NCBI GenBank assembly: GCA_043228905.1 | Contig: JBHGNT010000016.1 | Coordinates: forward strand, 16,616,001-16,680,000 | DNA length: 64,000 bases | From: Azolla caroliniana | Lineage: Eukaryota; Plantae; Polypodiophyta | Direction: 5' to 3' | Shown: positions 39,257 to 52,406 of the stretch, in pieces | How the letters are laid out: each line of letters starts with the position of its first letter | Position numbering within the stretch: position 1 is the first letter of the stretch | Made by a program: the position numbers and the translations under genes | The notes under the pieces: generated by a model | Told to the model about the DNA's origin: nothing | Seen by the model: the letters and a program-made list of their open reading frames with translations, nothing else | The model's database searches: none

Positions 39257-40012
39257 TGTTGAGAAATCGTTTCGGAATTTAAATCACAATGAACAGACAA
39301 TAGTGAAATACGAATCACAGAAGAAAAACAAGATAGACAACTATGCACAGAGATTTATGTCGAAACCCTAAAACAGGAGAAAACAACGGGAATAGATCTT
39401 CACCATGAATAGTGGATATACAACACTGAGAGGGTTACAACACTCTGTCGTGTATCAGTCACGCAGGGCTCTTCACATCTGCTGTTACTCACACAGCTAT
39501 GGCGCGGCACACACTTCTATCTCACGCTCACAGTTATGTTCTCTTCTATTCTACATCTTATATTTTGACCTAGTTGCATATGTACTTACACAACTTTCTG
39601 GCTATTTACATACCTAGCCCTCACGTGGCGCACATTGAGACTATTTACAAGTATAGTCTTCCGAGTTGGCTATATACACGATTCGTGTTAGTATCTATGG
39701 TAGCCGGTTCTTCCGTCCGATTCCTTTTGGCATCCTCCCACCTCGCTCGCGCTGCTTGTCCAATCCATTTGTTCCTTCCACAACTTGTTTGGTTCTGCGC
39801 TCCTCGACCTTCTTGGTCGACATGTCTGCTCAACAGGCCCTTCTCAGCGTCCTTGCTATTGTGACTTTGGCGCTTGTCGACCCTCCTGTTCCTCCATGAG
39901 TTTAGGGTTTGGGGTTTACAATTACAGTCTCCCGAGTTGGCTATTTACAATTATAGTCCCTCATCAACTCGGCTCCTCTCTCTCCCCATCCGGAGTGACC
40001 TGTTTCCTAACA
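39257..40012 (-). mobile_element. Mosaic of LTR pieces and a copia 3' tail fragment
   Basis: TGTTGAG start at 39257. 39684-39898 is homologous to 37883-38042. Repeated CCGAGTTGGCTAT and CTATTTACA motifs. Confidence 0.5.
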
Positions 40013-42241
40013 TCATCATTATTATTACCATAATAATAATAACAGTCGAATCACTGTTTTCGACCCTTTGACAATCGTCTTTCCAAACAGTCGGCTCTTC
40101 CTCCCACTGGAGGGACATATTCCCAACAAACTCCCCCTTCACACCTGTGGGAGGAAATCTGTCAGTCCTGTATTCTGTCGATTGACTCTGAGTCTGTCCA
40201 TAGGTAGGTTCTTTGTTAGCATGTCGGATCCATTATCATCAGTATGGATCTTCACAAGAGCAAACTCTCCATCTTCGACTCTCTCCCGCAACCAGTGATA
40301 CCTTCTCTGTATGTGCTTGGTCCAGGAGTGGTATGTCGTGTTCTTGGCTAGGTGTATGGCACTTTGGCTATCATAGTGAAGCAAGAACTCCTTTTTCTTC
40401 ATGCCTAGTTCAGTGAGAAAATTTCTCATCCAGATCAACTCTTTTCCGGCTTCTACCGCTGCCATATACTCTGCCTTTGTAGTCGATAAAGCTATAGACT
40501 TCCATAGTCGTGATTGCCACGACACTCCTCCCCTTGAATAGGTCATCACATACCCTGAGATGGATCGGCTTGAGTCGACATCTCCTAACATGTTCAAATC
40601 GGTAAAACCTTCCAACACAGGTTTTCCGAGGTGCCTTTCAGGTACCTGAGTATCCACTTCATTGTTGCCTAGTGCTCTCTGTCTGGATTACTCATATATC
40701 GGCTTACTACTCCTATAGCAAATGCTATGTCCGATCTCATACAGACCATAGCATACATTAGACTGCCAACGGCCGAGGCATATGGTACCTTCCTCATCTT
40801 GGCCTTCTCCTTCTCCCCTCTTGGGCACTGCTTCGCATTTAACCTGTAGTTTGTCAATAACACTGAGCCAACCGGCTTTGCGTCCAACATGTTGAATCTC
40901 TCTAAGATCTTCGTCACATACTTCTTTTGTGACAACCACAACACCTTTTGAGTTCTGTCTCGAACTATGTGCATTCCTAGGATTTGCTTTGCCGGTCCAA
41001 GGTCTTTCATGGCAAATGATTTGCCGAGAGCTTTCTTCAAGCTTCCAATCTTCCTTGTGTCTTGACCAACTATCAACATGTCATCAACATATAATAAGAG
41101 AATCAAGAAGTCTCCTTCTTCATACCTTTTTACAAACACACAGTTATCAACCTGTGTTTTTCGGAACCGGTGTTCCATCATGAAGGACTCGAACTTCTTG
41201 TACCATTGGCGTGGTGCTTGTTTTAGTCCGTAAAAGCTTTCCCTCAGTCAACACACCAGATTCTCTTTCCCTTTCTCCTCAAAGCCTCGAGCTGCTGCAT
41301 GTAGATCTCTTCCTCTAGCTCCCTGTGCAGAAATGCGGTTTTTACATCCAACTATTCGATCTCCAGGTCCATACTGGCTGCTATGCTCAGAACAATTCGT
41401 ATGGATGTCATCTTCAAAACTGGTGCGAATATTTCGTCAAAGTCGATGCCCTTCCTCTGTTGGAAACCCTTTACCACTATGCAGGCTTTTTACCTGGGCT
41501 CGTTGTCGACTTCCCCAGTCTTCACCTTGTAGACCCATTTATTCATGAGTGCTCTCTTACCTTTCGACAGCTCTACTAGGTCGTAGGTGTAATTTGCGTG
41601 CAAGGATTCTATCTCCTCTTGCATCGCGTTCAACCATTTTTCTCTGCTCTCGTCGGCCATGGCTTCTTTATAGCGCTCCGATTCACCGTCATCAGTCAAG
41701 AGGATGTATTGACTGGCATATGTAGTTGGTGCTTTCCTTTCTCTGAGTGGGTATCTTCTTCCACTCATTGTTGGCTCTCTTTCGGATGTCTCCACCAACT
41801 CTTCCCTCGGCTCGGGATTCTGCTCATCAATTGACATCTCCAGGTTGGAAAATTCCAACTCATATTCCTCAATTGATTTCAGCAGATCTGCCGACTCTGA
41901 CTCATGGTCTATCGGTTTGACTCGTGATCTTCTTACAGTTGCCGGTGACAACACATTTAGCCTTAAGTCGATGGTAGTCGAGGTTGACTAGGGAGTCGGT
42001 TCCAACTTCTGTTGCTTCCAGTCTTCAATTGTCTTATCTTCAAGAAAGACGATGTCCCGACTTCTCAGTACCTTCTTGTTGACTAAGTCCCACAACCTAT
42101 AGCCAAATTCATGTCCCGAGTATCCCATGAATATGCATGCTTTCGACTTGCTGTCGAGCTTTGACCTGTGATCCTTTGGTACATGCATATATGCCAAACA
42201 TCCAAACACCCTCAGGTGTTGGTAGGAGACATCCTTCCCTA
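40013..42241 (-). mobile_element. Tnt1/Tork-like copia, 3' half (end of integrase, RT, RNase H, PPT, LTR start at 40128)
   Basis: LRVFGCLAY, KWVYKVK, LLYVDDML, VPYASAVGSLMY, KHIQRRYHWLRE; PPT GAAGGGGGAG then TGTTGGG. Confidence 0.9.
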
Positions 42242-45200
42242 TCACAAGTGGATCAATAGAGCAGATATACCCAGAGGGGGTATTGGAGTTAGAATGGAAA
42301 ATCCTTAATAGAAAGGCGGTGGCCACCATCTGACAGTGTGTCGATGTAACTGTCCTTCAACAGGTGGTGAACAACATGAATGCCCATGAGATGTGGCAAA
42401 AGCTATCAGGTCTGTACGAGATGAAGAACAACCTCAATAAAACCTCATTGATGAGAAAGATCATAAGGCTGAAATACAGAGATGGTGAGAGCATCGTCGA
42501 ACACATCAGCACATTCATGGGTTATGTAAATCAACTGGCTACAAGAAAGTTTCCCCTGGATGATGCAATGCAGGCCATCCTGCTGTTGTGTACCCTGTCG
42601 GATAGCTAGGAGAATCTAGTGGTGACTCTCAGCGCCTTGTGTCAAGAGGAGAACTTGTCTCTTCAAGCCGTGAAGACAAGTATCTTGAAGGAGGAGACAA
42701 GGAGGAAGTACAAGGGTGTCCTATCTCAAACAAATGCGAATGTGACACAACATTCGGACAGAGGAACGAACCGGTGAAGAAGTCCACAACGAATGGACAA
42801 ATCCCACGCTAGATCAAAGTCCAGAGGTAAGCAAACATGTTATTATTGTGGAAATCCTGGGCATTTCCCGAAGGACTGCGGACACATGAGGAAGGGCAGA
42901 GGTGTCGGTAATGGTGTTGAACCTAGGAAGATTCCTGATGAAATGAACACTTCGGCCATTGCTACGAGCATTGAAGAACTTCTGTTCATCTGTGAACAGA
43001 CAAGTGCAATTCTTGTAAGTGAAGAATGCACTTGGGTGATCGACTCTAGGGCATCTTTCCATATAACTCCGTTGAGAGAGTATTTCTCGACTTACATAGA
43101 TGGGGACCATGGCTATGTAAAGACGGGTGACAATGGGGACTGCAAAATAGTTGGAGTCGGAAGTGTCTTCTTGACAACGTCAACAAGGTGTCGGCTAACT
43201 CTGAAGGATGTTCGACACATCCCCAATATTAGATTAAATCTGATATTGATTCGAAGACTGCATGATGAAGGCTATAGTGGTAGCTTTCGAAATGGCAAGT
43301 GGAAGTTTTGCGAAGGAATTTTCATAGTGACCCGAGCACACAAAGAAGGCACATTGTATATGATGCATGCTCGGCTGTGCAAGTCGGAAGTGAATGTGGT
43401 AGCCAACTCGAATGGAGAGATATGGCATAAGTGGCTAGGCCACATGAGTGAGAAGGGACTGCATATGTTAGCTGACCAAAAACTTCTTCCAGAAGTCAAG
43501 GGAGTGCACCTATAGAAATGCGTCGACTGCTTAGTTGGAAAGCAGAACAGAGCAGCATTCCACACAAGACCACCAAGAAGAAGAGAAGCACCACTGCAAG
43601 TAGTGCACACCGATGTATGCTATGTAGATGCTCCATCGCATCATAGTGGACAATACTTTGTGACGTTCATTGACGACTATAGTCGGAAGACATGGACCTT
43701 CGCACTGAAGTCCAAAGACTAAGTACTGTTGTTTTTCAAGGAGTTCCAGGCAAGAGTCGAATGAGAGTCGCATCGGAAGTTGAAGGTTGTCCAAACCGAC
43801 AATGGTGACGAGTATAAAGGGAAATTCGAGGAATACTGCAAGCACCAAGGTATTCGGATTGAATACACAATGCCAAAGACCCCTGAGCTGAACGAACTTG
43901 CAGAGAGGATGAATTGAACAATCATGGAACAAGTAAGGAGCATGTTGTCACATGCTAAACTGCCAAAGATATACTGGGTTGAGGCGATGTACACAGTCGT
44001 TTATCTGATCAACAGGTTTCCCTCAGTGCCATTGAAAGGTGATGTCCCACAAAGTGTGTGGACAGGAAAGGATGTCTCCTATCAACACCTGAGGGTGTTT
44101 GAATGTCTGGGGTATATGCATGTACCGAAGTTTTTAGAGACAAGCTCAACATTGGGTGCATAACCCAGTACATAGACTGGGTGCGTAAAACCATACGCAA
44201 AATATGGTCGTGGCGGTGTTTAAACCGAAAGGACGTTAGAACATTATTCCTCATAAGGAATAGTTTTGGGAGTTAGTGTAGAAGGCTCATTTATGAGCGG
44301 TCAAGTATTGTCAGTACTTGTGTCAGCCCAATAGTCAGGGCTTGTATAAAAGGAGCTCACTGAGCATGAAACATGTACAGAGAACATACAAAGAATTATT
44401 TTTTAATATAGTTTGGTGTTTCTGTTGTCTGTGTCTGCCCCTCTCTTTTTCTGTGATTTTTGCATTTTACCGAATTATCTTACTTCCGAACGGTGCATTC
44501 TGTGTTCTTATGCATACGCTTCCACACACGTATTCTTTTATATGGTATCAGAGCGCGAGGGTTGAGACTCCTCTGCAGCCGACATAAAAAACCTGCTATA
44601 AAGACAAAGTTAAGTTGTTGTTTTCGGAAAGGATAAGATAGCAATATGGACAGAGGAATGGGAAGCTCGTTACCGATTGAGATGCTCGATAGAAGCAACT
44701 AGTACGCACACCAATAGCAAGATGTTGTACATGGAGGGAGATAGGCCCCATAGTCGTGGCGGACGAGGCGGATCGGCGTGCAATGGAGGCGACCGAAAAG
44801 AGCAAAACATGCGGCATAATTGAAATGGCGGAGTCAATTCCGAACCCATTTGAAGCAGGGGGAGTCATAGTTCCTCTCAGCCATGTCGGGCAGAAAGGGA
44901 AACTTATGAACGTGTTGCACGTCCCGACAATAACCAAGAACTTGGTGTCAATCGGTCAGATCATCAACCAGGGGATGCAAGTTCGATTCACGCACCTTGG
45001 GTGCTACATCGAAGAGGAAGGCCAAGTTATCGCGCAAGGGCGTTGTGAAGGGAGGATGTTCATCCTCGACACCGATCAAGCTAGAACAGCATTGTTCGCT
45101 AGAGGACAGAAGCTCGAGTCAGACATCGACCTGTGGCACAAGCGGTTCGGCCATGTTAACTTCCCACGGCTTCGTGAAATGCAGACAAAGAATATTGTTT

Positions 45201-46909
45201 TCGATTTGCCGAAATTTCGGGGCCGTAATGGCCAAGTCTGTGAAGCCTCCCAACTTGGGAAGCAGCACTGACTTCCATTCCCCAATAAGCGTAATCATAG
45301 TCGAAATCCACTGGATTGGATCCACTTGGATGTGCTGGAACCGGCACAGAACGTGAGTCTCGGTGGAAGCCGTTACTTCATAACCTTCATCGATGACTTC
45401 ACTCAGCACACCTAGGCATGCTTGATCGCAAAAAAGAGCGAACTCTTCACGTGGTTCCTGAAGGTGAAGAACCTTGCAGAAAGGGAAACTGGATGAAAGC
45501 TCAAGTGCCTATGATCAGATGGCGGGGAGTACTTCTCCGACCAGTTCACGAGTTAACTACAGAAGGAGGGAATTCGACGCGAATTTTCATGTAGATATAT
45601 GCCGAAGCAGAACGGCGTAGCAAAGCGGAAGAATCGGACGATCGAAGAAGCTACCAAGGCAATGCTTGAAGAGAAGCATATGCCGAAGTTATATTGGGCT
45701 GAAGTCGTAAGGACGGTTGTTTACTTGCAAATTTGGACTTCTGCTAATGGAGGTGTGTCGCCAAATGAGTTGTATTATGGCAAGACACCAAACTTGGCAC
45801 ACTTGAGGATTTTCGGCAGCATCGCGTACATGCATGTGCCAAAGGAGAAACAGAGGAAGTCGGACGCCAAATCCGAAAAGTGCATATTAGTCGGCTATTC
45901 AGACGAACAAAAGGAGTATAAGTGCTATAACCCTAGAACGAAGGAAGTTCGTGTAAACCGAGATGTCGTGTTCGATGATTCCACTTCGTGGTACTTGCCT
46001 TCGCCTCCAATCCCTGATCAATCCATTCCGAATTTTGAAGAAGAGGTTAGCAATGCCGAGCTGCCTCTACGTGATGAGGAAATCGGAGCTCTGTCAAAGA
46101 GTCCGATCTCATTTCAACTAAGCGGGCCTAATGAGGGGTTGAGCCGAGATGGCCAACCAAATGAAGAGTCGGCAAGTGGTGGAGACTCGGCCATGCTGTC
46201 CTCGCATAAAGAACCGAGGAGAATTTTTACACGTAAAGGGAAGAAGAAAATGTCCGCATACAATTTCGGCAGTGCCGAGTCAGATCGGAGTGAATCTAAC
46301 GTAGGGCCAATCAAGAAGGAACCTCCGTGAAAGAGGTCGAAATCGACCGAAAAGGTTGTGAAATCGAATAATCATGAATTATGCAAATCTACTCGCCTGA
46401 AGAACCCCATAAAGAGGTACGAGTATAATGATTACATGGCGCACCATTACGCGTACATGACACGAGTGGCGGAAGTGCGTGAGCCGGAGAGCTACGTAGA
46501 AGCGGCGAAAGATGGAAATTGGCATGCAGTGTTGGAGGAAGAGATACACGCATTAACGTACAATGAGACTTGGGACCTAGTTGATGCACCGAAGGGTGTA
46601 AATCTGATCAGATGTAGATGGGTGTTTAAAGTGAAATACAACACCGACGGCTCGGTCGCACGGTGTAGATTACGATGAGACCTTCGCCCCAGTCGCGAAG
46701 ATGACTACCGTGCAAGTTCTCCTAGCCGTAGCTGCGACGAAGGGGTGGCGTCTACATTAGATGGATGTAAAGAATGTGTTCCTGCAAGGTGATCTTGAGG
46801 AACAGGGGTACTGTCATGAACAGTACTGAGACAGAGAAGGAATTAGTACTAAACGAAGGATTAGTACTACGAGAGGTGTGAACTTCTTCGAGAGAAGGGA
46901 GAAGTGAGT

Positions 46910-46940
<31 letters not shown>

Positions 46941-47234
46941 TGAGTGATGATAAGAAAGATATTTATTATATGAAGAAAATATACAACGGCGGCTAAAAGG
47001 CTTAAGACTGGCGTTGAACCAATTTGGTTCAACATAATGCCTAGTGCCCTCTTTTATAGTGTTTTCAGGAGTAATCCTGAAGCTTCTAGAATGTTCCAGA
47101 GAAATCTGGAATATACACTAATTTCCTATAATAAAATGTACATGAAAATAATATCCTACGTATTACAATAGATGGTCTAATGGTCAAGAGCTCGACCCAT
47201 ATAACCCAAGGTCATGGTTTTGAGTCTTGTCATA

Positions 47235-50200
47235 TCATGACACTATCCCCCCTTTAAAACGACGAGTGTCACGAGTCGTCTTGGATTGAGGACCCGGTTT
47301 GTGTGGATATTGACGATGGAAGTCTTCAAGAAGAGCACGAGCATTGGTTACATTCTCGATCGGTTCCCAAGTACGTTCGTTGGGACTATAGCCTAGCCAA
47401 TCGACTAGATAGTAGAGCTTGTTGCGAACAATCTTGGAATCAAGGATGGCGGCAACCTCGTACTCCGGCCCATCTTCGAGCTCGATCGGGGGTGGAGGTT
47501 GGATAAGACGTTCTGGGATGGTGCTCTCGTGGTAGGGTTCGAAGAGAGAACTATGAAACACCGGATGTATCCGAAGTTGTGGAGGTAGATCGAGACGAAA
47601 AGCGACATCATTAATCTTTCCAATAATAGGGAAAGGACCTAATCGCCGATAATCCAACTTCTCACATGGGCGAGTAGTCTTGATGTGTCGTCGTAGCAGC
47701 CACACCCGATCTCCAATATTAAAACTAGATGGAAGTCGATGACGATCCGCGTAGACCTTGTGTGTTTGTTGAGCTTGCTGGAGATGAGTAGATAAATCCG
47801 CTTGTATCTTGCGTAACCGCTCCAAACGATCCTCCGCGCACGGATTTGTGAACACCTCTGGGGTTTCAAGTACACTCCACCGGGGGTGACATCCTGTATA
47901 AGCAAAAAATGGCGTAACTTTAGTAGATGCGTGGATAGAGTTGTTATAGGCAAATTCGGCGAAGTGGAGAATATCTGCCCAGTCGTCCTGATGATAGCTG
48001 AGAAAGCACCGCAGATACTGCTCCAACGTTTGATTTGTTCGTTCAACTTGGCCGTCAGTTTGTGGGTGGTAGCCGGAAGAGAGATTACAAGTGACCTTGA
48101 GCATGTTAAAAAGGTGCTTCCAGAATTTTGACACGAACTGGGGTCCACGGTCGCTGATGATACTATCGGGGAGTCCATGATGCCGACATACTTCACGCAT
48201 GACAATTTCGGCAGTGTCTTCACTGGAGATCTCCTTAGTACATGGAAAGAAATGAGCCATCTTCGTATATCGATCGACCACAGTTAGAATCGCATTGAAC
48301 CCCTTAGAGACTGGAAGATCTATGATGAAGTCTAGAGCAATGGATTGCCACGGCTTGCTTGGAATTGGTAATGGTTCTAATAAACCATATGGATGATGCC
48401 TTGGCATTTTCGCTCTGCAACATGTATCACAAGTCCGAACAAAATCCTCGACGAATTGTCGCATACAGGGCCACCAGAATGATCGTTGTACTAAATGTAA
48501 TGTTTTAGTACTACCAAAATGCCCAGCTGTATATGTGTCATGACAATTTTGTACTACTCGAAGGCGGCAAGAACCATTAGGAACATACAAAAGTTCTTTA
48601 AAGAAGAGTAATCCATCATGGTATTTAAATTGCCGATAGTTCGTACCTGGTGGTTGCGACTGTGAACACGACGCTCGAGAGGGATCAATTTGTGCTAGTA
48701 TAGCTTGGGCGAACGCATCTGTCTTCAAGTCTTCACGTATGGTATCGATAACGCGGGAATCCATAGGCATGTCAAAGATTTGTGTTGCTTGTAGTCGTGC
48801 CGGTCCCAAGATGACTTTTTTTTGGTTATCGAAAGCTGGCTCGCCGGGACGGGGTGCTAGATACGAACGCCGTGATAATGCATCTGCCTTCCCTTGGTGC
48901 CTCCCCGGACGATATGTAATTTTGAAGTCGAAACGCGTGAGGAAATGGGCCCACCGAGCTTGACGTCGATTCAGCACACGAGCATCCTGAAAGTAGGCAA
49001 GATTCTTGTGGTCACTAAATACGATGACTGGATGAGAGGATCCCTCCAGAAAATGCCTCCATTGCATAAAAGAATCCACTATTGCCAATAGCTCCTTATC
49101 ATGAATTTCGTAGTTGATTTCGGCGGCATCAAACTTGCGTGAGTGAAAAGCCACAGGATGTAGCTTTTCATCATTCCCCTGTTGTGACAGAATGCTCCCC
49201 AATGCAAAATCCGATGCGTCAGCTTCGATAATGAATGGTTTCTTCGGATCGACATGAGCTAGAATTGGAGCCGATGTAAATGCTTTTTTAAGACTCTCGA
49301 AAGCCATGTCCGTTTCTTCAGACCAGATGAACGGTTGTCCCTTCCTGGTAAGTTGTGTGAGAGGTAGAACGATCCTTGAGTAATCTTGTATGAACTTCCG
49401 GTAAAAATTGGCAAAGCCTAAGAAGCATTGCACATCCCGTACCGAACGCGGAGTCTGTCATTCTACCACCGTTTTGACCTTTGCTGGGTCCATGGAGATG
49501 CCTTCTGACGAAATGATGTAGCCGAGAAATTCCACTTGGTTGCAGCCGAAACTACATTTTTCTAGCTTTGCATACAGACCATGTTCTCGAAGTCGTTTTA
49601 GTACTAATAGTACATGAGAATCATGTTCTTCTTGGGTCTTTGAATAAACCAGTAGATCATCCAAATAGATGATCAAACAATCATCCAATAGATCTCAGAA
49701 TATATCATTAGCCATGTGTTGGAAGACTGCCGGCGCATTAGTGAGGCCGAACGGCATGACAGTATACTCGAAGTGCCCATATCTGGTGCGAAACGCGGTC
49801 TTCCATTCGTCTCCTGGTCGGATCCGTACGAGGTTATATGCTCCCCGTAAGTCGATCTTCGTGAAGAACCTGGCACCATTGATCCGTTCTAAAAGACTTG
49901 AGATAAGGGGAAGAGCATACCTATTCCTGATTGTAACCTTATTCAAGCCACAGTAATCTACAACGAGACGAAGCGATCCATCTTTTTTCTTGACGAAGAA
50001 AATGGGCGCACCGGCTGGAGATTTCGAATGCCGAATGAAACCATTTTCCAAATTCTCCTCTATATAGGTCCGAAGGACTTCCAGCTCAGTTGGTGACAAA
50101 TTGTAGATCGGTCCCCATAGCGGCTCTTTTCCCGGTTGTAAATCGATGGGGAAATCGTACGGTCGATGATGAGGAAGTGTGTTGGCTTGTACTTTATCGA

Positions 50201-50831
50201 ACACATCGGTGTAATGACGATACTTCTCAGGAAGTTGAACGGTGGATTCTTCTTTAGTGGTGTTGGAGGGGTTTACTGATATTGTAAAGAGGAACATTTC
50301 CTCCTTGTGCCCTTCTTTACGCAACTGACGTAGCGAAATGGTTGCCATCTTCTGAGTTGACCCTTGGGTTTGTCGACACCGGATTTCTCTTGTTCTCCAA
50401 TCTATGTCAGGGTTATGTAACTCGAACCACGGTAGTCCTAAAACTATAGGATGTTCTGGGATACTAATAATATTAAATGATACTACACATGCTAAGTTAT
50501 CTAGGACAATATTAATGGGCTCTGACTCTTCTAGGATATTTCCGGAAGCAATGGAACGTCCATCAATGACTACTACAGAGGCTGGACACTGGAGTTTTCT
50601 TAGGGATATCTTATGAGCTTGAGCAAATTTCTTATCCATAAAGCAAGAGTTAGCTCCGGAATCTAGGAGTGCTAGGACATGTACTGGAGGGGTACTTTTA
50701 GTACTAACTATTACTTGGGCTACGAACACATCACTAACTTGCTTAGAGGGAATGGAACCACTAATGGGCTGCACAGATCTAGGGCTGTCCAACCAAACGG
50801 CTCCTATTTTGGCTGGACTTAGTCGTTTAAC
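47235..50831 (-). pseudogene. pol: pol (PR-RT-RNase H-IN-chromodomain) with two premature TGA codons (49695, 49458)
   Basis: [33 protein letters not shown] and DDE integrase, GPF motif, chromodomain YEVAAILD..YLVDWLGY..TWEP; a single frame throughout. Confidence 0.93.
50780..50831 (-). promoter_or_regulatory. Putative -1 ribosomal frameshift signal (G UUA AAC, 6-nt spacer, 11-bp stem)
   Basis: pol is in the -1 frame relative to gag. Heptamer at 50831-50825; stem GUCCAGCCAAA/UUUGGUUGGAC at 50818-50787. Confidence 0.75.
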
Positions 50832-51970
50832 TCTTCTTCTAACTGACTAAGGACATCAAATTTGTTTGCTAGATTTGGGATATTAGTACTATTAGGACTA
50901 TCAGATATCCCTACTGAAATAGGCTCAGATTTAGTACAATTAGAACTAGCGACTATTTGGTTTACTTGTCTTCTTGGCCTCTGGGGGCAATTTATTGCGA
51001 TATGTCCTGGTCCACCGCAGTAAAGACATAGTCAATTTGTACGGGGTCGCTGCTTTTCTTCTTCGGATAATGGCCCTCGACGACGTGTAGTGTCAATCTC
51101 CATCGGAGTCGGAGTATTCGCTGGAGGGGCATTATATGACTCCCTCGGAAAAGGTCTTGCTACCACTGAGGCGTAGGTGGGCTCTGATCTTGCCCTTGGC
51201 ATCTGTAGTTGTCGTTCCGAACGTCGCTCAAAGAGGCGGTTGTCACATCTCACCGCACGACTGATTGCTTCTGTTAAGGACTTTGGCTCTTCGGGGAAGG
51301 TCAAGAGTAAATCCTTGACGTCGTTGCATAAACCATAACGGAATTGCTCCATCAACGCTTGATCATCCCAAGGGATATCGGCGGCGAGTAGGCGAAAATC
51401 TGCAGCGTATGCGGAGGCTGGACGGTCACCTTGGCGTAATCGCCGGATTTTGTTGATTGCGGTCCTGATGTTGTCAGTATCTCCGAAACATGCTTTAAAC
51501 TCACCTAGAAACTCTTCAAAATTGTTGAGTAACGGAGATTCCTTTTCTAATAGTGGAGCGAACCATGACAACGCTGAGCCACTTAACAAAGTGCCTACTA
51601 AACCCACTCGTGATGCATCGGTGGGATATCGGGAAGGATGCATTTGAATAACTAATCGTACCTGGTTAAGGAACCCTCTAAACTGCGATCGCGTTCCATC
51701 GAACTTCGTGGGAAGGCCAATCTTAGGTTCTTTATGAATCCCTTGTGTTCCGGGCCCGTGTTGTTGCATCGCTACGATGGTGGCTTCGAGTTGTTGCACG
51801 CGTAACGCAAGTTCCCCATGCTGTTGTTGCGTTTGCTGCTTTTCTAAGGAGATTTGCTGAAGATCCCCCAGCAACCGTTGGTTTTCTTGTTCCAAAGCAT
51901 GGAACTTCTCCTTCAAGCATTGAAATTCCGAGAAAACAGATTGATATTCTTCAGCACTAACAGTGGCCAT
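50819..51970 (-). pseudogene. gag: gag (384 codons) with one premature TGA at 51032 before the zinc knuckle
   Basis: PTKFDG, LRQG..Y..DF, PMEID, then CLYCGGPGHIAINC in frame after the TGA; natural TAA at 50821-50819. Confidence 0.9.
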
Positions 51971-52030
51971 GGGATGAAAGAAAAGAGGAATAAAAGATTA
52001 GTAGGAAATGAGAGAGAAAGAAGGTAGGTA

Positions 52031-52042
52031 AAATTGGTTCAA
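52031..52042 (-). promoter_or_regulatory. Self-priming PBS TTGAACCAATTT
   Basis: Lies 2 nt inside the 5' LTR boundary and is the perfect complement of LTR sequence AAATTGGTTCAA at 52266-52255. Confidence 0.85.
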
Positions 52043-52142
52043 ACTGTCATGAACAGTACTGAGACAGAGAAGGAATTAGTACTAAACGAAGGATTAGTAC
52101 TACGAGAGGTGTGAACTTCTTCGAGAGAAGGGAGAAGTGAGT

Positions 52143-52188
<46 letters not shown>

Positions 52189-52292
52189 TGATAAGAAAGA
52201 TATTTATTATATGAAGAAAATATACGACGGCGGCTAAAAGGCTTAAGACTGGCGTTGAACCAATTTGGTTCAACATAATGCCTAGTGCCCTC

Positions 52293-52338
52293 TTTTATAG
52301 TGTTTTCAGGAGTAATCCTGAAGCTTCTAGAATGTTCC
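52293..52338 (-). promoter_or_regulatory. LTR promoter: TATAAAA (52299-52293) and four-unit heat-shock element (52319-52338)
   Basis: tGAAg cTTCt aGAAt gTTCc; conserved at 47078-47097 and 13669-13688. Confidence 0.7.
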
Positions 52339-52406
52339 AGAGAAATCTGGAATATACACTAATTTCCTATAATAAAATGTACATGAAAATAATATCCTAC
52401 GTATTA

